The notes beneath the pieces were generated by a model, which had not been told where the DNA came from, did not search any database, and saw only the letters and a list, made by a program, of their open reading frames with translations. This document shows positions 19,730-31,982 of a stretch of 64,000 nt of DNA, in pieces (the stretch's first letter is position 1; every line of letters begins with the position of its first letter). The stretch is from Naegleria gruberi (taxonomy: Eukaryota), in NCBI GenBank assembly GCA_000004985.1, contig GG738896.1; one strand, given 5' to 3'. A program made the position numbers and the translations under genes.

Positions 19730-20806
19730 TTATGCCTCCTTGTTTGGAATTGGAGATTCAGATGGATATGTTATCTGTTCGTTTGGAGCCTCAATTGAAA
19801 ACATATCTTTACCATTATAAATAAATTTCTTACTCTTGTACATGTATTCATATTCATTCCTAAATGAATCTGCAATCTGACACCACAATGAGGCATTTTC
19901 CTCAATATCAAGTTCAGTTTTTCCATCCAACCATATCAGTGCAATTCGAATCTTGTCTCTTAATGATTCCATTGTGGCAATCTCTGAAAAGATAAACGTC
20001 CTGTTTGTAACTGTATCCTTCTGGCAATGTTCCTTTTCAAACTCTTGTTGATAAATCTTGGGTATCGACATTTTAGCCCACAAATGATACAGGTAATTCC
20101 TAGCTGATTTGTAATCATTCAATTCTCCATATTCATCTGTGAGTGAATCAATATCAAAAGAAAACCAATCGATTGGCATTTCTACTTGTTGTCTACTTCT
20201 CATTGAAGAAGACAATGGTTTGAAATTAAAAACTGGAAAATCTCCCAAATCCAATTCATCTAACATGTCTGCACTTTTCCAATACTCTTCTTCCTTTTCA
20301 AAGAAATTAGATGAAAATCCTAGAGGGCTCTTCTTATCATTACAAGGTGATCGAACATATTCATTTGGATTACTAAATGGAAATCTATTATCCCATTCCT
20401 TCTTTACAGATCTGACACTATTCGATCTCTCAATAGGTTCACAAGCCCACCTCGAAAGTAACGACGAATTCATCGTCATTGTTGATGAAGAAGGTACTGA
20501 AGATTTAGATCTTTGAGAGGAGTAGGATCTCGTCGATGGAGAGGTAGAATACATAGTCCTAGTGGTACTTGGGTTGGATCGGGATTGAGTCTTATTCATA
20601 CTATTAGATTCATACCCGATGGGATTATCAAATTTACTCCTAAATTTAGCTAGTTTTAGTCTCTTCTTTTGTTGGTAGGTGAGTTGTTGTTGTTGTGCTT
20701 GTTGTTTATCCATGCTGTTCATTCCCTTAAAGGTTTGTAGGGGTGGCGGTTGTAAATGTACAAGATGTTGATGATCCGACCTCTTTGATGACATTGTAGT
20801 GGTCAT
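19730..20806 (-). CDS. hypothetical Ser/Gln-rich protein
   Basis: The 358-codon ORF has a low-complexity N-terminal half. The C-terminal half (DELDLGDFPVFNF...) matches no family I recognise. Confidence 0.45.
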   Translation of the reverse strand: MTTTMSSKRSDHQHLVHLQPPPLQTFKGMNSMDKQQAQQQQLTYQQKKRLKLAKFRSKFDNPIGYESNSMNKTQSRSNPSTTRTMYSTSPSTRSYSSQRSKSSVPSSSTMTMNSSLLSRWACEPIERSNSVRSVKKEWDNRFPFSNPNEYVRSPCNDKKSPLGFSSNFFEKEEEYWKSADMLDELDLGDFPVFNFKPLSSSMRSRQQVEMPIDWFSFDIDSLTDEYGELNDYKSARNYLYHLWAKMSIPKIYQQEFEKEHCQKDTVTNRTFIFSEIATMESLRDKIRIALIWLDGKTELDIEENASLWCQIADSFRNEYEYMYKSKKFIYNGKDMFSIEAPNEQITYPSESPIPNKEA

Positions 20807-21037
20807 GCTGATTCGTTATATTATTATTATATGATAGTGGGTGTAACGGTCGTTTTAAAAATGATGATTGAGGGTGAGAGGTAAGGTGGTGTCCTTTTTT
20901 TTTCGTTGAAAAAATCGTTACACGATGTTGCTGTAGTTCAAGCATGAACTATGTGACATTACCGTAACGAATGGTTGCAAATCAAGAATGGTTTGAATTC
21001 GCGAATAAGAGTAAAAAGGAATAATGGTAAGGAAAAT

Positions 21038-24000
21038 TTATTCAACCTTAGATGATTGCTCTGATTGTTCTAGAGAGAGGGATCTGAAAATAGGGAAGAA
21101 GGAAGTAACATCATCATTGTCTTCACATCGATCGTAAATGTATTGTTCTGTACCTGTGAATTCAGTCACTGATTTTTGGTAGAGGTAAATTAAAAAGTAG
21201 ACATAATTCCACAAGTAGTGTTCCTCCTTGACATGCTTTTCAAAGGTGATACCTTCATTGGCTCTTGTATCGAATTTAGTTCGTTCCAATCCACAAATAA
21301 AACACTTATCTCGAATGTCCTTCTTTCTGTCTTCTCTTTCATTTCTCAGTACTTCAAACGAATCGAGAATGACACCAAACACAACGTTAACAAGTAACAC
21401 AATAACTATCACTAAAAAGGAAAGGTCAAGTATGGCTCTCTGAACTGAAACATTTGGATCATAAATATCCTCCCAAAAAGATTCTCCTCTAAAGCCATAA
21501 TCCAACATGGTCACATAGCAAGCTAACATATCTTCACATGTCTTGTCGCCTGTCTTGGAGATTTTAAAATCTGAAGAAAAGAAGGTAAAATAGAGTGTAC
21601 CAAAGAAGAATAAGGCAATACACAACAACATTCCTGTAAAGAACAAACGTTTCACATTCGAAGTAACTGATTTCAACACATCGGTCAATGACTTGAAGAT
21701 GTAAACCATTTCAAAAAGCTGTATCGAGTAAATAATTGGAGTTATCAACAATCCAATCACAGAGACTACAATGTAAATAATAAAATACCAAATTTGAGAA
21801 TCTTGTATGGTATATAAAAAGCATTTGGTCATAAAATCAAAATCTCTTGGAATTGAGTCCCACGTTTCGTTTTTCTTTAGCTTGAATCGTTTCTTCACTT
21901 CCAACGTCAAGAAGAGTGATACATAAATGACAAATAGAATTACCAGGAAAATCAATTGTGTCACACCAACAATAATAAGAATTATATCACTTGCAAGATT
22001 TCTAGGTGCTGTAGTTTTGGTGAGAGCATATACATCAAAGTCACTGCCAGGTAAAGGTATTTGAGAATACTCTGTTGTTGCATAAATTCTCTTAAATGTT
22101 CCCAAAACAATAATATTAATAATAACAGAGAGGAAGAATGAAGACAATCTCAAGTAATCCCACCAATTGGCAATATATTCCCATGATGCTGTTTTAACCT
22201 CTTGTTTCTTCTTTTTCTTTCGTTTTGCTAGCAAATTGCTGGTTGTGGCAACGAGAGACATTGAAGGCAAAAGATTTTCCATTTCCTCCTCTGGTTCCTC
22301 TTCTTCTTTCTTGTTGAGATTCGGAATAGTAAAAGTCTTTTTCATATTTTCATAGTGACACATTTCCACATAGAATGTACTGAATGTGTCATTGTACAAT
22401 TTCCTAACTTTTTCTTGTGGAGTCATTACGTGCAACGAATTGGCATAGTTGCTTCTTGCCTTATCGATAATATTGTTACATATTGTTGGTTTGGGAAAGT
22501 AGATCTTTTCAAGTACGTTATTTCTCAATACTTCAATGCTACCAGTTCTTTGTTTGAAATAAGAGAGCTCCTTTGAATTGGTTTGGAAAAAGTTGGCTAC
22601 TCTTGATTCCTCTTCCAAAGCTTGAGTACCCTTTCTGAATTCAGTCTCACTGTCCCTGATCATGGAGAGAAGGAAAAAGATGTGAGTTCCCAAGTCATCG
22701 TATTGCAATCTAATCTTCTCGAGATTGTCCTCCATATAGTCGTCGACACGGATTGGCTTCTTTGAACTCTTCTCAGATTGATACAAAACATGGAATCCAA
22801 AGTCTTTACGCATTCTCTTTTTGAGTCTTTCAAGATCATCACAATCATCATGGTTATTACCCGATAGAGTTTCGAACAATCTCAAAATGTACAATAATTT
22901 TTGTTCAAAATCATCCAAATTCAAAGAATTTTTCATGAATTCTAATGTGACTGTGTTTCTTCCTTCCAATAGAGATATTAAGAAGAGTGTAATTTCCTTC
23001 TTGAGGTCAAGCTCTTGTTCCTTCAACAACTTGCTGTCATCGTAGGTCTTACTCATGATTTCATTGATAAGTCTTGGATAAATCTTATTGGATGTACCAA
23101 TTAAATTTTGGTTAAAGACAGCAGGTCCTTGGACAAATTCGGTCAGGGTCTTAAAACCTTGGATGGCTACTTGAACATTGTCTGCATCCAATTTCTTTTC
23201 CAAAGCAATCAAATATTCAATAATTTCCGTAATTAAATCAAAGCTGAAAATATTTCTTGGTTGATGTTTCAATAGGGCTTGATTTTTGGTATTATGGCCT
23301 TCACACAATAATCTCAAAAATTCCATAGTGTTAAAAATGAATCCCTTTTCTACAAATTCCACACCAACTTCATCTTCTTCGTTATCATGGTCAGCATTGA
23401 GGTTAGTTGTAGACTTTTTCTGGTTAGCTAGTGCCAACTCCTTGTCTCTCTTTTTCTTCAAGTGATTCTTCATTTGTTTGATTTCAATCTTTGAGAGACG
23501 GATTCTGTCTCTAAGAGACATGAAAAATTCGGTAGAGTCTTGATCTGTAAGAAGCGAATAAATATGATTCTGAACGTCAAGATCTCCGTCATTCAATATT
23601 AAAATACCAAGCTCCAAAGCTGATTTTGCAATTTGATGGTGGTTAGAGTTGAGGAATTCAATAACTACCTCAGGAATTTTCTTTTCCACCAAATCTAATT
23701 TAAGAGTTGATTCTTCGGTTTGTTGGTTTTGCCTTTCAACAATACTCTTCAAAATATCCATACCAAAGAGTCCTACCTTCATGTTCTGAAGAAGTAAACC
23801 AGAACTATTCAAGTCACGTAATACATTGACGAGTGTTTTGATAAATCCATCATATTTGATAAATATGGCAGCAAGCTCTGAAAAGTTGGAAAAGTTTCTA
23901 TTAATCTTGGAAATTATTCTGTCTTTCAAGTACTTTTTGTATGTGTTGTGGATAAGTTCGTCCTTCTCGGTACTGGTTGATGTTTGTATTCTTGATCTAT

Positions 24001-27000
24001 GTACCTTGGCTTTAGTGGCCTTATTTGAAATGAAATTAGAAATTGCTTTCTGACTAGTTGAAGACATACTTCTCTTCAACATGGCCTGAATACATTTGAG
24101 AACTTTATCCCTATTCTCTGGATTTGGTGTATGTTTGTGAAGTTCTATGAGTTTTATCAACAAATCTTCTGCAATATCCAACTGTTCTTTTGTCAGATTT
24201 GGAGGTGGGAAGTGGAGATGGAAATAATCTCTCACACAAGGAATCATAATATCAAACAAATAGGTATTATCAACTTGATAGGTTTCTTGATCTTCCTCAC
24301 TAGGTCCAACGACTTTTGGAAGTGCTACAGAGTATGTTTTCGAAGATCGTTTGGAAGCAGTTGTTGACAATCCACGGTTTTTGGTTGGAGTAGCAAACAG
24401 TGAAGTGTTTGAGAGGGTTTTGCTTGGTGTTGTTGGGGTTCGAGTATGGGCATGCATAATACTTTGTCTTTCACCTTTTTGTGTGGATAAAATCAAGTCG
24501 TTACCATCTGATTCATTTGAATAGGTCATTTCTAACACTTCCAATTCAGTAACCATTTTAGAGAATAACTTGAAAAGCATTGGATGATGAACATTTACCA
24601 TCTTGCTCTCAGATTCTGTAGAGTCATCTGATGCCTTTTCAACATTCAAGTAAATTTCATCAATAACTTTAACCAATGGATTTCTCAATACAGGTAGAGT
24701 ACAACAAATAACTTGTTCTAAAAGTTCTTCATAGCTGTAGAGGGTTTGTAATTTAAGCTCACTCTCTCTGTTTTTACCATCAGCAAGAGAGGCCAACAAG
24801 TATAAAAGGGCAATGTGATAATTTAAAATACCATCTGGTTCAGTTTTGTGTTCACCTTTGATAATTCTTTGATTACGTTCTCTGAGACCTTCTTCGTCTT
24901 TGAAAAGAATCATAATGTCCTTCTTTCTTTCGAGCAGATATTTGGTAATGAGTGATTGGTTTCGTTTGATTGGATTGCCATTATTTGTTCCCAGAATGAC
25001 ATGCAAGAACAACAACATGAAAGAGCAAGGTTGCTCAGCAATTTGGTCAATGTAGTGTTCGATTAATTTTTCTTCAATAGTACTGCACAGACCTCTATTG
25101 TCTCTTACCATTTCACAAAGGAGAATGACAATCTTCTTATCTAGACTTCTATTCTCACCAATAGTGTGAATAAAGAATTCCAATTGTTTGAACATAATCT
25201 TTTGATTGTCTTGATTTCCTCTAACAAAAGCAATTAAAATATCAATACCAATCTCTTCAATTTCCTTGCTCACAATATAATCCTTCTTGAGGAATGTGAG
25301 AATAATATCATAAATGAAGAGATTTCTCACTATTCTTTGTGATCTTTGACCATTCTTCTTGATATCTGATAGGATTTCATTGAGAGCTTTTAGGACTTTT
25401 TTCTCTTCCTGTTCTGTGAGTCTTCTAGTACCAAAATAATTGCTTTGACCATAACCAAAAACAGATCGCAACTCAACTACCTGTGAAAGTAGCAAATCGT
25501 AGGATTTAGCCATTTCTCTCGAAACGATAAGTTCAATCTTTGGAAGAACTTCACATAATTCTTGAGCAGATCTGTACTTTCTAATTAGTAAATCAAGGCA
25601 GGTTGTAGCGAGTTCCTTATTTTCATATTTGGTCAGCGAAAGAATTTTAACATCGAATCGATCCATCTTGTTGAAAATAACATCCTTTTCGAGAATATCT
25701 TTGATTACAGCATATTCATTAGAGTCAATTTCGGCAAGTCTTTTCTGTTGTAAAGCTCTATTGTCCATTGGTATCACCTCTTGTTCTCTAAGTACAGTCT
25801 CAATCTCTTCCTCTCTGTATTTCTTCCAAAAGAATTGCAAGAATTTTGTCACTCTCTTGTCTAAAATAATGTCTAGAATCATGTGGAAGATGGAAGCAAT
25901 TTCAATTTTGATCTTCATGAGGGTTAAATTTTCTTCTACGTTTTTGTGTCTTTCTTCCTCACTAAGAATTCTACCATCCTTCTTGTCATTATCTCCTCTG
26001 AGCATATCAAAGAGAGAATTCAACAAATCACCCTCCTCAAAGTCTATCAATGTAAGAACTCCAAATTCCAACATTCTCTTACACATAATTACAACGTATA
26101 ATGTAAAGTTGTTGTGATCCTTCTTTTCTAAAGACACATCCAAGCTAACATTCTCTCTAAGGAATTTCCCTAAAAAATCTTTGATTTCTGCCAAATCCTT
26201 TGAGTTGCCGTCTTCTTTTGATCTTTGATTGAGAGTACTGGTTTTTCTGGTGTAGTCAATCAGTGGTTTCTTTTCTCTCTTCTCCGTATCAATGAAAGTT
26301 TGGATCAAAAGCTTTACAAATGATGTTCTGACGGCTGGTGTTAAATTCTTATCAGAGACACATTTGTGGACAACTTCGTAGGTGAACAGAGAAACAACAG
26401 ATCTTCTCGCATCCTCAATTTCTTCATTTCTTCCTGTACAGAGGGCAGCAAAAAGACGAATTTCCTCTTGGAAGAAGATGAGTTGTTCATAATTTGGTCT
26501 TGTGTATCCATTGTATGTATCATCTGTTGCAGACTGAGAGAAACTAATCAAGTCTATTTCATCATGATTGACTTCTACCACAACCTTGTCTTCATTGTTA
26601 AGCTTTGGAATGATAAAAACTCTTCTCAATTGGTCCTTATATTTTGAAAAAAGCAAATTACCAATATATACCTGATTTTTCACCACAGTTTTACCTTCAC
26701 AAATGATCAAGCTAGTCAAAAAGGATAAATAGACAGCCTTCTTCAAGCTCTTGGAACTTTGTCGCATACCAATCTTTGATGTGTTTTCAAAGAGAAGCTT
26801 GACGAAAAAGTCAATTTGTGACTCGGTAATCTTGTTCAAAAGTGGATAATTGTTGGATAAGATTTCCAACAGAGCTTCACTTGCAGCAATGCTATGTTCA
26901 ATCAGAGTTTGGATAAAGTTGATATATTGTGCCATGTAGAGACCGTTAGATTCGTTTGAAAGGACAAACTGTCTAATGAGTCTGAAGGAGTACTGAACCA

Positions 27001-29385
27001 CATCAAAATAAAGTGCCTTCTCTGGCTTTTCATAAATTAAAGATAAATCCTCAATTGATAAATATTTCTTCAATAATAGAGTGATATTTTCCATTACAAG
27101 ACCAATGACTCCCATATCTCTGATGATATTTTGTCTAAGTTTAACAGGAATACCACCTCTTGTTAGAGGGTCTGTCTCTTCACTAATAGTACAAAATCTA
27201 ATGCAATTTGCCAATGCACCAATGTAGAGTTTGATATCTGACTTGTCAATGAGCGAGTCGTCCAACTTGGATTTGAAATACCTAATAATTGGCATGTAAC
27301 CAGCTACGGTGAGTGCATCATTCAAATCCTCATGTGAAACAGCTGAAAAATTGAAAACATCCTGTTCAAACATTTTCAAAGATGAAGTTACTCTCTGATA
27401 GGTTGAGTCAGCAAGTGGTCTAGATATGTGTACCCAAGAATTAGTGGCTTCATGCCTCAATCTAAAGTAATCGGTGGTTTGAACTTTCTCACCCTTCTTT
27501 TGTCCTCCAGTCGAGTCGGTGAAATGGAAGACACTGGTTGGTATTGGTTGTGTAATCAAGTCATCAAAGTTTTCAACATGAAGAGTCCACAATGAATCAT
27601 TTTGTGTTACGCTGCCTGATCTATTTCCTCGTGGAGTGGCTACAATTGAACTTTTTCTAGGTGCATTAACTCCAAGTTGGCTCAAGTTATCACCAGATGT
27701 TGGTGTGTTTTCTCGTTCATATCTTTCTTCAATGGCATCATCCGCTTCAATGGTTATTCCTTTAATAGGACGAATCACCATGTATTTTCCACTTGCCAAG
27801 TGTCTTAGACGGAATTTCGAAGTCCACTTTACAGTACCAGAACAGCTAGAGTCTAAAAATTCCAATTGCCACAAAGTTTGAGGACTCACATAGTCAGAAG
27901 ATTTAGATTCCATACCAGCCAAGCTTGTATCCTCAGAGTCGTTGATTTGTAGATTGCTTGATTTCTTGAAAAATTTAATTCTATCCGTTTTTTCATTCAC
28001 TCCAATATATCCTTCCAATTCCTTGTGGTATATTCTCATAATGGTGGATCCTGCTTTGAGTTTTCTATTTGTTTCATCATTTTGTGGTGTGTATTTTTGG
28101 TAGAGTTTCATTCTCCACCTAGTGAATGCAGTACTATTCGCCATGTTAACTTCTCTTCTACTATCGTAGGAATATTTTCCTCTATTTCGTGATAATTTTA
28201 CAGCTTGTTGAGCTAATTCTGTGTATGAAGAATTTTCATTCACTCTTTGATAGGTACCATCATTGTCTTCTCCAGTTGTGTATCTATAATAGGATAAGTG
28301 AATAAATTGGTTGGACTTTTTGTTGTAAAGTCTAATTTGATCAGTGAGTTTAACTTGATCTCCATCCTTTTGAAAACTGGAATATGGCATTATTTGAAAG
28401 TATGAATAGGTAGATCCTTCTTTATCGAGGGCCAATCTCATACAATCCTTTTGCATTTCTGCAGATTCTCTTGCTACTGTCAGATAGCACTGTGTTTGTA
28501 CATGATACAATTGTACTGTTTGTCCATAGACAACTGGTTTTGAAAGGTTTCTTTGTGATTCCATCCTATTTTGTTCAAGTTCTCTTTCAGCTCGTTGTTC
28601 CAATTGTTGATATTCTGTTGAGAAGGAGGCTGTCGAAGGCATTACATTATTCTTGTTATCCTTTGTTTTTTTGTTGGCCTCTTTCAACTCTTGTTCTTCT
28701 TTGAAGGTTTTGAACTTTTTCAGTGCTGAATAACTCTTTGGATGACAAATCTTGAAAACACAATTAGAAAAGTTTGGTGTAAAGAAGGAAGAATCCTTTT
28801 CTGAAATGACAGATTCCACCAGACCACATCTAGCTTGTGGTTTGTTTCTAAAATATTGATGAAATAATAAAAGTAGTATTTAACAGAGAATAAAGAAGGT
28901 GAATAATTAGTTGAATATTTAAACAATATTTACCCTTTAACATTCTCGGAACAAGTCAAATTAATACCATCCACACTCAAGAACCCAATCATTGAATTAC
29001 CAGTACTTTTTGATGACAAATCCGTATAGAAGGAAATTTCCTCTCCAATTCTCAAATAATCTCCCTTCTTTTTCATCATCATATTATTCATCCACAATTG
29101 TTGCTCATCCTCCTTCACATCACTCATCACATCTTCATCCTCATCATACAAATGATGATCAAAGCCTTGTTGTTGCTGTGCAGAAGAGGATGATGATGAC
29201 GAATATTCGGAATGTTGTTCATGATGATGATTTGATGTGGCGCCATTATTTTTAACGGCAGAAGTGGCGCTTACCGATACGATGAGTTGTTCTTGTTGTT
29301 GATGAAATAAGAGTGCATAGTCAAAGAGGTGTTGTGATGATGGTTCGGAAGAGTTGCTATTGTTATGATTATTGGATAGTGTCAT
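21038..29385 (-). CDS. inositol 1,4,5-trisphosphate receptor-like Ca2+ release channel in two exons, about 29385 or 29082..28934 and 28847..21038, with an 86-nt intron
   Basis: Exon 1 (...DYLRIGEEISFYTD..GFLSVDG) plus exon 2 (CGLVESV...CVFKICHPKSYSALKKF) reproduce the IP3R N-terminus (LHIGD..., CLFKLC). Exon 1 ends with gg|gtaaat. The acceptor ttttag at 28848-28849 joins in phase to the 2593-aa ORF, whose track start is GTG. The C-terminus has IP3R hallmarks FLVIVIVLLVNVVFGVILDSF and CFICGLERTKFD plus the conserved tail. The upstream in-frame 100 aa are Gln/Ser-rich. Alternative ATGs lie at 29082-29076. Confidence 0.85.
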
Positions 29386-29743
29386 GTTGTGAAAAGTCTT
29401 CCAAAACTATTTCACTTATTTTTTTTTGTTAAATGTTGACAGATGAAGGATTGTCAGCTTATCAATATTTCAAGACGTGTGTTATACAATTTAATTGATA
29501 AATATTTCCTCAATCAATACAACTATTAGCCATTGTTAATCCTAATGTTGTATTATCTGAATTATTTAAATTTTGGCGCCAACTAGTTGAAAAAAAAGAA
29601 CAAACATCTCATCAAGGTTTTGCTTTTGATTTACAGTTTTTTTGTATTCCTTCCGATCACTGACTCACCCTGGCTACAACTTCTGTAATATTGTTATTCT
29701 TGCTACAGTAATACTCCTCCTTTTTGTAAATATATTAAAAAGA

Positions 29744-30616
29744 ATGAAATTAACAATTCGATCCGATAAACCAATTGTAAATTTGTATAATAATTTCCCA
29801 AAAGATTTAAGGGAACATTTGGAAAAGTGGGATTTAGGTACTGAGAGTACTTTCTATGAATCGTTCTATGTGGATTTGGATATGAATCAACATGATGAAG
29901 CATTAGTAAATACCGAATCTAAGGAACTGCTCCTCAAAAGGGCCCTTGCAAATTCTGATCAAATCAAGGAACTGGCTAATGAGTACTTGAATAGATTGAA
30001 AGAGAGATTTATTTGCTGTGGAGCTCTGCATCAATTAGATACTGTTCAAGATGTGTCACCTATGAACATCAAGTTGGCAGACATGACGTTAATTCAGAGA
30101 GAATTTCTAACCAATGAGTCGTTGTTATACTTGAAATCTCTCAACACCAGAAAATGCTTAGACGAACAAATTGACTCTGAAATGTATGTCTCTGATGAGT
30201 ACAGAAAGGCTATGGCATACATGTTGTGGGCTGAAGGATGTACCTATTACAATGAAGATACTTTCATTGAGAATTGTAACTTCCAACAGTACGGACTAGT
30301 GGAGGACTCTTGGACTAATATTTGTGCTCGAGAGCTACTGTTGCATATACATGCAAGATTGGTTATAGGAGGAAAATTTGGCCAGTATGAAGATAATTTG
30401 ATGCCATATTTTAATAATACCAAGTTACTATATAAGAACATTGTCTCCGTGCAGAAAGTGAGCAGTGTTGATTCAAATCAAAGTAGTCAAGGTTTTTCCA
30501 TTGCATCCAAAGCGTACAAATGCCCAGTCACCAACGATCTGGTGGATAAGAGTTACTTCCTCCTAATTGTTCATCCAATAGATAAGAAGGTTACAATCAT
30601 GTTGCATGCAGAGTGA
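29744..30616 (+). CDS. hypothetical protein
   Basis: The ORF runs 29642-30616. The first ATG in frame is at 29744 (aaaaagaATGaaa). If translation starts at the upstream TTG, a hydrophobic N-terminal segment is included. I recognise no family. Confidence 0.45.
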   Translation: MKLTIRSDKPIVNLYNNFPKDLREHLEKWDLGTESTFYESFYVDLDMNQHDEALVNTESKELLLKRALANSDQIKELANEYLNRLKERFICCGALHQLDTVQDVSPMNIKLADMTLIQREFLTNESLLYLKSLNTRKCLDEQIDSEMYVSDEYRKAMAYMLWAEGCTYYNEDTFIENCNFQQYGLVEDSWTNICARELLLHIHARLVIGGKFGQYEDNLMPYFNNTKLLYKNIVSVQKVSSVDSNQSSQGFSIASKAYKCPVTNDLVDKSYFLLIVHPIDKKVTIMLHAE

Positions 30617-30910
30617 ACACAACATAAATTCTTTTGATTTTCCAACATGACATTTTTGCTAAAATATTGCCTTGCCTCTTTTGTAAGAAATCCAAGAATG
30701 GCACTATCGAAGGATTTTGCTGACATGAAGAAGGTCGAATAAAGATGCAGCTTGCCACACCAACAACGCGGCATTCACTGACACCAAAGTGATTAATCAA
30801 TCGAATAATTCAATTGTCAAACTGGCACAATTAAAACAAATACCAAAACACTGCTGACTCTCCTTTTTCACAACAAGAAGAGATAACGTATTGGCCTCTC
30901 GATTATTATA

Positions 30911-31864
30911 ATGAATGAAACTAGACATGTATCTTCCTCCACACCAAGAAAATTAAATACCTACTCCTCTTCTTCTTCAACAAGTCCTTCACAGCAACAA
31001 CAATCAGAATGTTCAACATCATCCTCTACATCGGTTGAAGGAACAACCATACCAGCTGCCACATCAAACTTTGGAAGCACGAGAATAACAATTGTAAGTG
31101 ACAATATTTGGTTCACACATGTGATAAAAATCCTGGTTCCTCACTATTTAATCATCTACATGTTACATTTCAATATTTCGTAATTATCGATAGACTAAAG
31201 AGGATATGGTAAGTAATTGTTTTATTGAATGATCTCATGAATTTTATGATGATGCATTTCAGAGTCGTTACTTTAATGCACCACAAGTCATGGCTGCTCG
31301 ATTATTGAATGTCAGTGTGTCAACTCTCAAGAGAAGATTTTATGAAATGTATGAAGGGAGGTGGCCCTATCAAAAAGTAAGTTTTTCTGAATGCATGCAT
31401 TTGCAACTTCAATACATCATTACATCTACAATACATGTCAAAATGTCATCATCTGTCTTGACATTTTGAAATACATAACATTCGTGGATCTACATCATCT
31501 TTGTTCCATCTCTTTCTAGATGCCAACACAAGAAAGAAAGAAAACCATCTGGTATTACATTAACGAGGAAGATGAACCTGAAAAGAACATTTCAGATCAT
31601 AGTTTAAGAGTGTTAAATTTAGCATTTACAGACCCAACTCAGCCCAAAGTCATTTTCTTTCCTGAGGAAGCTAAAGTGGATAAACCTCGTAAAAAGGATA
31701 TCACATTCCTGAGCTATGTTCCACAAAGTGGATCAGGTGAAGGAAATTTGGAAAATGTAACCAAAGACTTGGGTAAATTAAAAGGAGGTTCTCGTCAAAA
31801 GTACTCTCTTGTTGGTGTTACTGGTGTTAAAAAAACTAGAAAGATGACTTCTAAAAAAAAGTGA
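30911..31864 (+). CDS. RWP-RK domain protein in four exons, about 30911..31093, 31194..31208 (15-nt micro-exon), 31263..31376 and 31520..31864
   Basis: Exon 3 encodes SRYFNAPQVMAARLLNVSVSTLKRRFYEMYEGRWPYQK, which is a canonical RWP-RK motif. All donors are gtaagt. The acceptors are gatag, tttcag and ttctag. All exons are in phase 0. Confidence 0.65.
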
Positions 31865-31982
31865 ATTTACTGTTGACATGCTCTCCAGAAAAATAGGGCA
31901 GAAAATACCAAAAGATATAGGATGCAAAAAGCTATCAGACTGTACTTTTTTGGAGATTTCATTCCTGTTATCATAAGTGTTA

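Noticed and set aside
22167-28704. Numerous 60-160-codon ORFs on the plus strand inside the IP3R gene (for example 25629-26117, 26366-26647, 27636-27881)
   Set aside because: They lie antisense to a strongly supported 8-kb coding exon. They have no motifs. They are typical of random ORFs in AT-rich sequence.
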